Assembly (NCBI GenBank): GCA_958296245.1 | Contig: OY282458.1 | Span: forward strand, 926,440-990,439 | Direction of reading: 5' to 3' | Origin: an uncultured Dehalococcoidia bacterium | GTDB taxonomy: Bacteria; Chloroflexota; Dehalococcoidia; Lucifugimonadales; G958296245 | DNA length: 64,000 nt | In this document: positions 55,198 through 64,000 of the stretch, in pieces | Position numbering within the stretch: position 1 is the stretch's first letter | Layout: the number at the start of each line of letters is the position of its first letter | The notes under the pieces: model-generated | Told to the model about the DNA's origin: nothing | The model's database searches: none | What the model saw: only the letters and a program-made list of their open reading frames with translations | Program-made: the position numbers and the translations under genes

Positions 55198-56297
55198 CTC
55201 GTTCAGTACATCCCGTACACATCACCTCCTTTCCGATGATAGCACGGTCCGTTTCAGGTACTCGCTGGGGGTGAGGTATCCCAGGGACTGGTGAGGGCGC
55301 ACGGTGTTGTAGACCTGCTCCCACTGACGCAGTGCGCGGTTGAGAGGGCCTACTTGGAGGTCTCCGTCGTATATTTCGTAGAACTCCTCGGTGTGAGTGC
55401 GCTGTGCACGCTCTACGTGACCATTGAGCTTAGGTGAGCGCGTGGGCAGCACGAACAGCCTCACCCCGCGCCGCTCACACTCACGCTCGAACTCCGCCGC
55501 GAACTCACTTCCTCCGTCCACCTGTATGGCCCTGACCTCGAACGGCATCCTGTTTATCAACTGGTCCAGGAACCGTGTGGCCGTGGTCGCCGTGGCTCGG
55601 GTGTAGACTCCCACCACGTCCCAGCGTGAGGCCAGGTCGCGACCGGTGTAGTGCTTGAGCACCACTCCCGGCAGCGGTCGAACATCAAGGGTGTCCACCT
55701 CGACCAGGTCTCCGGGTTCGGTCGCCCTGTACTCCCTGGGCTTGCGGACCGCATACGGGCGGATGCGTGACCGCTTACGAGCTGATATGCCCACAGCCGG
55801 AGGCTCGCGGAGCGCCCCTGTCTGCTTCGCTCGCTTCAGTACCCGACCGACCATAGACGTGGACACCGCCCACCCTGCGGCTCTGAGAAGCACCACCAGC
55901 TTGTCCTTACCCCATCTCGGATACCGCTCCCTCATCTCCACCACCGCTTCGGCCAGTTCAGGACTCCAGGTGGGGCGCCTGACTACCTTCGGCCTGCGGC
56001 TACGATCTTCCAGGCTCGTCAGGTCATTGGGGTCGTAGCGCCTGAGCCAGCGGTAGAAGGTATCCGGCGATATGCTGAAGTGGCGGCACGTCTTACGGGC
56101 GTTTCTCCCGTGCGCTCTGTACCAGTCGACCCACTCCAGCCGCCGTTTCGCTTCCCGTGATAATTCGACGCCCAGTCCTGACAGTCGCTTGGCTTTGGGC
56201 ATGATGACTCCACCCACTCGTAGGCTGGAGCCAGAATATCGCTTCAGTCTGTGTCCATTCACTGCCCTCTATTGTGTACGGCATCTATCTGAACGAG
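55198..56297 (-). mobile_element. IS481-family insertion sequence (about 1.1 kb)
   Basis: Imperfect terminal inverted repeats: CTCGTTCAGTACATCCCGTACACA (55198-55221) versus the reverse complement of TGTGTACGGCATCTATCTGAACGAG (56273-56297). Flanking hexamers ATCGCA (55192-55197) and ATCACA (56298-56303) look like a 6-bp target duplication with one mismatch. One transposase gene inside. Confidence 0.75.
55222..56202 (-). CDS. IS481-family DDE transposase (integrase core domain)
   Basis: ORF trimmed to ATG 56202. N-terminal HTH (..TCRHFSISPDTFYRWLRRY..), DDE region ..DLVEVDT.. , ..AIQVDGGSEF.., ..PTRSPKLNGHVERAQRT.., ..YNTVRPHQSLGYLTP... Confidence 0.88.
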   Translation of the reverse strand: MPKAKRLSGLGVELSREAKRRLEWVDWYRAHGRNARKTCRHFSISPDTFYRWLRRYDPNDLTSLEDRSRRPKVVRRPTWSPELAEAVVEMRERYPRWGKDKLVVLLRAAGWAVSTSMVGRVLKRAKQTGALREPPAVGISARKRSRIRPYAVRKPREYRATEPGDLVEVDTLDVRPLPGVVLKHYTGRDLASRWDVVGVYTRATATTATRFLDQLINRMPFEVRAIQVDGGSEFAAEFERECERRGVRLFVLPTRSPKLNGHVERAQRTHTEEFYEIYDGDLQVGPLNRALRQWEQVYNTVRPHQSLGYLTPSEYLKRTVLSSERR

Positions 56298-56411
56298 ATC
56301 ACAGCCAATGTCAACGGCCTATGATTCACCGCCCGGCGCCAACTGCTCCATTGCTGATCTCAGGCCGAAGATAGCAGCGCCCAAGGCAGAACAGGAGGCG
56401 CCAACCCCGAG

Positions 56412-59400
56412 TCTTCAATAGGACCGCGACCGCTAGGTCGCGGATAGAGCCCAAGGTCGAAGGCGGGCGCGCCGCCAGTCGCTGCTTCAATGGGGCCGCG
56501 ACCGCTAGGTCGCGGATAGGCCGCTTGGATGCCGGGTTAACGCCGCCCAACTGCGTGCTTCAATGGGGCCGCGACCGCTAGGTCGCGGATAGGTTACCCG
56601 CGCCGGCAGCCCCGGCGCGGGAAGGAGGCTTCAATGGGGCCGCGACCGCTAGGTCGCGGATAGGGCCAGAACCGTCCACGGCATTGCTTGCCCGCCGGAG
56701 CTTCAATGGGGCCGCGACCGCTAGGTCGCGGATAGCGGGCGTCCGTCGTTGCCATGACAGAACCCTAAGGGGCTTCAATGGGGCCGCGACCGCTAGGTCG
56801 CGGATAGCCGACGGCTGCCCAAGCAAGTTGTCTGTTCGCGTCTCTGCTTCAATGGGGCCGCGACCGCTAGGTCGCGGATAGGTTCGGGCGCGACCACTTC
56901 CGCCGTGAAGTCATATGGCTTCAATGGGGCCGCGACCGCTAGGTCGCGGATAGCAGGACGCACAGGACTTCCGCGACGAGAGGGACGCGGCTTCAATGGG
57001 GCCGCGACCGCTAGGTCGCGGATAGAAGGCGACACAGAGGAGGATCAGCGTGACCACAGACAGGCTTCAATGGGGCCGCGACCGCTAGGTCGCGGATAGT
57101 CGGCTGATAAGGCTCCAGGAGACCTTGCCTTGTCCTGAGCTTCAATGGGGCCGCGACCGCTAGGTCGCGGATAGATGGCCGCGTCGTTCGCACCGGCGGC
57201 GACGGGCATATGCTTCAATGGGGCCGCGACCGCTAGGTCGCGGATAGCCCGGCGGCTTACTGAGGGCACAATGGGTTTGCTCTTGGCTTCAATGGGGCCG
57301 CGACCGCTAGGTCGCGGATAGGCGACGGATACAGCGGCAACGCGGCCAGACCCGGCGCTTCAATGGGGCCGCGACCGCTAGGTCGCGGATAGAATGACCC
57401 GGCTTCGGTTCGTGCCGGTCGCACAGACGCTTCAATGGGGCCGCGACCGCTAGGTCGCGGATAGGTCGGCCCATTTGTCCATGAGTTCGCGCCGTCGGTC
57501 GCTTCAATGGGGCCGCGACCGCTAGGTCGCGGATAGCGGACCCGGCCCGTTGGTCTTCCCCGGTCTCAGAGAGCTTCAATGGGGCCGCGACCGCTAGGTC
57601 GCGGATAGCATAGAAGAGATTGAAAGCGGCGCGTTGGCCGTCAGGCTTCAATGGGGCCGCGACCGCTAGGTCGCGGATAGGACTTCTGTAACGGGCACGC
57701 GCAGCAGCCTCTACAAGCTTCAATGGGGCCGCGACCGCTAGGTCGCGGATAGGCGGGCGTACTCGGTCGAGGACTTCGATGTCGACCGGCTTCAATGGGG
57801 CCGCGACCGCTAGGTCGCGGATAGTCGGTGGGGTCGGACTCGAACCGACGGCCTCTCGGCCCGCTTCAATGGGGCCGCGACCGCTAGGTCGCGGATAGCA
57901 CAGCATATGCAAAGGCCCGCGCCAATGCGTTCTGAGCTTCAATGGGGCCGCGACCGCTAGGTCGCGGATAGGCGGACTTCTGGGCGGCAATAGTCACGAA
58001 CGAGGAATGGCTTCAATGGGGCCGCGACCGCTAGGTCGCGGATAGTAAGTGCGCCATTGAACTCGAACGCCCACGTAATCCGTGCTTCAATGGGGCCGCG
58101 ACCGCTAGGTCGCGGATAGTAGCCAGCGAGAACGCGGGGGGCAAGACGGACGCGGAGCTTCAATGGGGCCGCGACCGCTAGGTCGCGGATAGGCAAACCC
58201 CCCGGTGCCCGGAGGCATGAGTTGCCTGCTTCAATGGGGCCGCGACCGCTAGGTCGCGGATAGGGAGGAGTTGACCAGCGGGTGGAACTTCTCGGTCATG
58301 CTTCAATGGGGCCGCGACCGCTAGGTCGCGGATAGACCTGCGAGACTGATGGATGCACGCGCAGCACGCGCGCTTCAATGGGGCCGCGACCGCTAGGTCG
58401 CGGATAGCTGCGACTGTCCAGCTGGCCGCGACTGCCGGGTCAAGTGGCTTCAATGGGGCCGCGACCGCTAGGTCGCGGATAGGACAATGTCAACGAGCTG
58501 CCAGGATTCGGATCGACGGGCTTCAATGGGGCCGCGACCGCTAGGTCGCGGATAGAAACCCTCCCTAACCCATGAGTCCTGATTCAGTAATGCTTCAATG
58601 GGGCCGCGACCGCTAGGTCGCGGATAGGCGGACGATGTGAGACCCCCTATTAGGAGACCCCGGCTTCAATGGGGCCGCGACCGCTAGGTCGCGGATAGCC
58701 GCCCGCCTACCGCGCACACGCGCTTGAGTCGTCGGCGCTTCAATGGGGCCGCGACCGCTAGGTCGCGGATAGGAAAGTTCACCGATACGTTCACTTTGCC
58801 AGAGGTTGCTTCAATGGGGCCGCGACCGCTAGGTCGCGGATAGCGCGCACGTCACCGACGCAAGCGCTAGTTCGTACCTCAGCTTCAATGGGGCCGCGAC
58901 CGCTAGGTCGCGGATAGACGTAGAAGCCTACCTCGCGCGTTCCGCGAAGTAAGCTTCAATGGGGCCGCGACCGCTAGGTCGCGGATAGAAGTGGCGACCG
59001 GATGGCGGCCCAGAGAAGTGGCGCAGCTTCAATGGGGCCGCGACCGCTAGGTCGCGGATAGTTCCCGCGCCGGGGCTGCCGGCGCGGGTAACTGCTGCTT
59101 CAATGGGGCCGCGACCGCTAGGTCGCGGATAGGCGGCAGGCTGGAACGCCTGGCCGTGAAAGGCCCCAAGCTTCAATGGGGCCGCGACCGCTAGGTCGCG
59201 GATAGCACTTCTGCCAGGTATCCCATCGTAGACCTCCGTCGCTTCAATGGGGCCGCGACCGCTAGGTCGCGGATAGTCGTTCATACCCCAGCCCACGAGA
59301 AGCACGCCACTCAGCTTCAATGGGGCCGCGACCGCTAGGTCGCGGATAGAGAAATGACCAACGGAAGAATCTGGCACGTCATCAGGCTTCAATGGGGCCG

Positions 59401-62400
59401 CGACCGCTAGGTCGCGGATAGGAAGTGGCGGCCCAGCAGGAGAGGCGGCGGCCCAGGGCTTCAATGGGGCCGCGACCGCTAGGTCGCGGATAGGTTGTAT
59501 ATGAAGAGACCCTTGAACAGAGGCTTGAGCGCTTCAATGGGGCCGCGACCGCTAGGTCGCGGATAGAGTGAACATGAGTTGGCCTATGCGCGATAACTCC
59601 CGCTTCAATGGGGCCGCGACCGCTAGGTCGCGGATAGTAGTTGTACGGCGTGCGGGAATCATCTCAATTGGGGAGCTTCAATGGGGCCGCGACCGCTAGG
59701 TCGCGGATAGGAGTGACCATCATACCCTTAAGGTTGAGTTGAACGGGCTTCAATGGGGCCGCGACCGCTAGGTCGCGGATAGGCCCCACGAAGCCGCGCA
59801 CGCCAGCGACGGCCCACGGCTTCAATGGGGCCGCGACCGCTAGGTCGCGGATAGGCAACTTAAGATGACGGCGCCAGCGCGCCAAGAAGAGGCTTCAATG
59901 GGGCCGCGACCGCTAGGTCGCGGATAGCTTCCGCGACGACGTCCACCTCGACGCCCGTCTCCTGGCTTCAATGGGGCCGCGACCGCTAGGTCGCGGATAG
60001 GCGCCATCATGACCGACGACACCTTCGCCAGCACCAGGGCTTCAATGGGGCCGCGACCGCTAGGTCGCGGATAGGTGCAGATCAGTTCGTACTTCCAAGA
60101 CGACGGTGATAGCTTCAATGGGGCCGCGACCGCTAGGTCGCGGATAGGCGCTGGATCAACATGATAGACGCGGAGCAGCAAAGAGCTTCAATGGGGCCGC
60201 GACCGCTAGGTCGCGGATAGCCCGATGTCAAATCCCTAGCGGATAGTATCGAGGCGCTGCTTCAATGGGGCCGCGACCGCTAGGTCGCGGATAGGAGGGT
60301 ATGCACGTCGGTTTGATTGAGGATTTGGACTGCTTCAATGGGGCCGCGACCGCTAGGTCGCGGATAGGATGTCGCAAAGGCCGCCAGTGAGGTCGCTGCC
60401 CAGCTTCAATGGGGCCGCGACCGCTAGGTCGCGGATAGGCCGGGTGTTGGCGCAGCTTGATGGCCGCGTCCTCGGCTTCAATGGGGCCGCGACCGCTAGG
60501 TCGCGGATAGGCCCGCTTGTGGCCGTGTCTTGAGTACCCAAATAAAGCTTCAATGGGGCCGCGACCGCTAGGTCGCGGATAGGACGCGCGACCTTGCTAT
60601 CCGCCGTTCGAAGGTCTGGCTTCAATGGGGCCGCGACCGCTAGGTCGCGGATAGTTCACCCGCGTGCTGGAAAGGGTGAATGCCTACCTGCTTCAATGGG
60701 GCCGCGACCGCTAGGTCGCGGATAGTTGGCCGCCGTGTGACGATGGCCGCGCCCGTGTAACGGCTTCAATGGGGCCGCGACCGCTAGGTCGCGGATAGAT
60801 AACTGGATGCTTGGACACTTCAAGCAGGGCCTGCGGCTTCAATGGGGCCGCGACCGCTAGGTCGCGGATAGCCGGCTAGAAGAGCACATAGAGCAACGCG
60901 GAAGTTGGGAGCTTCAATGGGGCCGCGACCGCTAGGTCGCGGATAGTATCTTGGGCGTGACGACGGCAACGTTGTATTCACGTTGCTTCAATGGGGCCGC
61001 GACCGCTAGGTCGCGGATAGCCCCCTCACTCTTCTTCGACCAATCCAAGATTACGGGTGGCTTCAATGGGGCCGCGACCGCTAGGTCGCGGATAGAAGGG
61101 TTGGTTCATCAACCCACTAAAGGGGGTCTCGCTTCAATGGGGCCGCGACCGCTAGGTCGCGGATAGGGTCCGACGCGGCTGGGTGACCGGATGCCTGGCT
61201 ATGCTTCAATGGGGCCGCGACCGCTAGGTCGCGGATAGGGCTTACAGCAGCCTTGGGCCTCTCCTGCGCTATGGCTGCTTCAATGGGGCCGCGACCGCTA
61301 GGTCGCGGATAGCACCGCGCCACCGTCCGGCAGGCGACGAATTGATCCGCTTCAATGGGGCCGCGACCGCTAGGTCGCGGATAGCAGGCGTGGACGGTCT
61401 CATGCCAGGGGCAGACGCGACGCTTCAATGGGGCCGCGACCGCTAGGTCGCGGATAGTCACGGAGCACGGCGAGGACTACCTGAACTGTGGCAAGCTTCA
61501 ATGGGGCCGCGACCGCTAGGTCGCGGATAGCAGCGGCTGGCCCGTCCAGGCGTTCCTGGCGCATCACGCTTCAATGGGGCCGCGACCGCTAGGTCGCGGA
61601 TAGACCCGCAGACGGCCCGTTGGTGTTGCAATCGAAGCACGCTTCAATGGGGCCGCGACCGCTAGGTCGCGGATAGGGCGGTCAAGCCGCCCCGCGTCAG
61701 GTTCTTGGAGCTGCTTCAATGGGGCCGCGACCGCTAGGTCGCGGATAGTCGCGGCGGACTATCCGACGGCGGGCTACACCGACGCTTCAATGGGGCCGCG
61801 ACCGCTAGGTCGCGGATAGCCGCGACGCCAGCCGGACTAGTCGGTGGCGGGTGCTGCTTCAATGGGGCCGCGACCGCTAGGTCGCGGATAGTAGAAGTGA
61901 GTGCATGGCTCCGTCGCAACCCGCACAGCGCTTCAATGGGGCCGCGACCGCTAGGTCGCGGATAGGCAAGCCGACCGAGGTAGTCGCCTGTGCCACCTAT
62001 GCGCTTCAATGGGGCCGCGACCGCTAGGTCGCGGATAGAGACCGGGCGGCTGGTGCCCGTATACCCGTAGGTGCAGCTTCAATGGGGCCGCGACCGCTAG
62101 GTCGCGGATAGCGACGGCCTCCACTAGGTGAATCACTAGGCAGATCGGGCTTCAATGGGGCCGCGACCGCTAGGTCGCGGATAGGCTGCAAGCCTGCCCC
62201 ACCCGGTAGAACTCGTCGCTGCTTCAATGGGGCCGCGACCGCTAGGTCGCGGATAGGGTGCTTGGGTGTTCATGTGCAGACGAGCGTCGCACCGCTTCAA
62301 TGGGGCCGCGACCGCTAGGTCGCGGATAGACCGAGGGCGAGATTCACAACTTCAACATATCGGTTGGCTTCAATGGGGCCGCGACCGCTAGGTCGCGGAT

Positions 62401-64000
62401 AGAACGGCGAGAGCGGATTGGTGACGACGGCGGTAGCGAGGCTTCAATGGGGCCGCGACCGCTAGGTCGCGGATAGAACGAGTCGACGCTGCCTGCTTCG
62501 TCAATGCCTATGCTTCAATGGGGCCGCGACCGCTAGGTCGCGGATAGGGGAAGTTACGCTGGACGCCCGGAAGTGCTACTCGTGCGCTTCAATGGGGCCG
62601 CGACCGCTAGGTCGCGGATAGAACGCCCGCGACTGGGACGGCAAGGCGGCGCATCCGGTGCTTCAATGGGGCCGCGACCGCTAGGTCGCGGATAGGTCGT
62701 AGCCGACGCGACCACAATAGGGACTGCCGTTGCTTCAATGGGGCCGCGACCGCTAGGTCGCGGATAGACCTCTGGCGGTCTGGCCGTGTCAAGGATTCTG
62801 GGGCTTCAATGGGGCCGCGACCGCTAGGTCGCGGATAGGAGGCAGCAGCAGCGGCACACCGCTCCCAGGACCGCGGCTTCAATGGGGCCGCGACCGCTAG
62901 GTCGCGGATAGCTGCCTGCCTGGTGTGTCGTTGAAGAGCGTAACGTCCTCGCTTCAATGGGGCCGCGACCGCTAGGTCGCGGATAGAAGCCCAGGGTCGC
63001 GGGTTCGAGGACGTTACGCTCTTGCTTCAATGGGGCCGCGACCGCTAGGTCGCGGATAGTTGCTTTTACCGATGCCATCGACGATTCGCCATCATGGCTT
63101 CAATGGGGCCGCGACCGCTAGGTCGCGGATAGTTTTCGTGCGAATGAACGGGGAAAAAGTGGCGTATGAAGCTTCAATGGGGCCGCGACCGCTAGGTCGC
63201 GGATAGTCGTCATATGGCGCGGCGCGGTGATCTGGCGTAGCTGGGCTTCAATGGGGCCGCGACCGCTAGGTCGCGGATAGCGCGGTCGTCAAGGCGGAAC
63301 CCGTCTGCTGGCAGTAGGCTTCAATGGGGCCGCGACCGCTAGGTCGCGGATAGGATGGAAGAGCGTCTGCGCGACGTGGTGACTGACGAGCTTCAATGGG
63401 GCCGCGACCGCTAGGTCGCGGATAGCGCGGTCGTCAAGGCGGAACCCGTCTGCTGGCAGTAGGCTTCAATGGGGCCGCGACCGCTAGGTCGCGGATAGGA
63501 TGGAAGAGCGTCTGCGCGACGTGGTGACTGACGAGCTTCAATGGGGCCGCGACCGCTAGGTCGCGGATAGCCCCGGGGGCCCGCGAGTTGAGGTGCTCAG
63601 GACGCCTCGCTTCAATGGGGCCGCGACCGCTAGGTCGCGGATAGCGTGCATCGTGCGCGACCCTAGGAGTTGCATCGTAGGCGCTTCAATGGGGCCGCGA
63701 CCGCTAGGTCGCGGATAGAAGTCGGTTCTCTCCATCTTCCAGCCAGTAATCGCCGCTTCAATGGGGCCGCGACCGCTAGGTCGCGGATAGGCCTATATGG
63801 GTCGAGAATCACACCGACGGCGGCCCGCTTCAATGGGGCCGCGACCGCTAGGTCGCGGATAGTTGAAGTCCCGTCCGCGCTTCGAAGCGGCGACGACGCT
63901 TCAATGGGGCCGCGACCGCTAGGTCGCGGATAGATGAGTTCCGTGTGTTGGTGGTGGGGCGAGGACAGCGGCTTCAATGGGGCCGCGACCGCTAGGTCGC
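56412..64000 (-). CRISPR. CRISPR array, 105 repeats (last one cut by the window end), 104 spacers of 35-39 nt
   Basis: 36-nt repeat GCTTCAATGGGGCCGCGACCGCTAGGTCGCGGATAG counted by hand, period about 72-73 nt. Repeat 1 (56412-56447) has 3 mismatches (TCTTCAATAGGA...); I saw no other variants. Minus-strand reading CTATCCGCGACCTAGCGGTCGCGGCCCCATTGAAGC ends in ATTGAAGC and has an 8-bp palindrome CCGCGACC/GGTCGCGG. Transcription is therefore inferred on the minus strand, with the leader beyond 64000. Confidence 0.98.

Noticed and set aside
56326-63977. Dozens of ORFs on both strands (for example 57307-57990, 227 aa) with recurring IRDLAVAAPLK, YPRPSGRGPIEA or FNGAATARSRI peptides
   Set aside because: They are translations of the 36-nt CRISPR repeat in different frames and carry no independent coding signal.

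Overview
This is a 64-kb high-GC bacterial segment. The taxon cannot be determined without a search, though the gene style is reminiscent of Chloroflexota-like genomes. All functional calls come from motif recognition by eye and no database search was possible.

Most of the window is ordinary metabolism:
- an aromatic/quinate-related cluster with a class-I DAHP synthase
- a sulfatase with a formylglycine-generating enzyme
- thiL, cmk-plsC-glmS, an EF-G paralogue and etfBA
- a methylmalonyl-CoA mutase / epimerase / acyl-CoA dehydrogenase / acyl-CoA synthetase block
- hpnC-hpnD-hpnE squalene genes with a polyprenyl synthase
- tandem RidA and DapA-family paralogues

Four things stand out:
1. A clearly lower-GC island of about 4.7 kb (12.9-17.6 kb) carries a three-gene operon: a HerA-like ATPase, a NurA-like nuclease and an orphan DNA methyltransferase. 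I read it as a candidate methylation-gated, restriction-like defence system.
2. A putative ribosome-mediated attenuator sits directly in front of DAHP synthase. It consists of a leader peptide containing Y-W-R-F-Y-F followed by an intrinsic terminator.
3. A very large CRISPR array runs off the window end, with 105 copies of a 36-nt repeat and 104 spacers. No cas genes lie in the 56 kb on its trailer side.
   - An IS481-type element sits next to the trailer.
   - The array contains an internal two-spacer duplication.
   - Two spacer pairs sample the same protospacer on opposite strands.
   - One spacer is tRNA-derived.
4. Intergenic regions hold a family of about 175-190-bp MITE-like elements, shorter interspersed and tandem repeats, and an IS1595 remnant.
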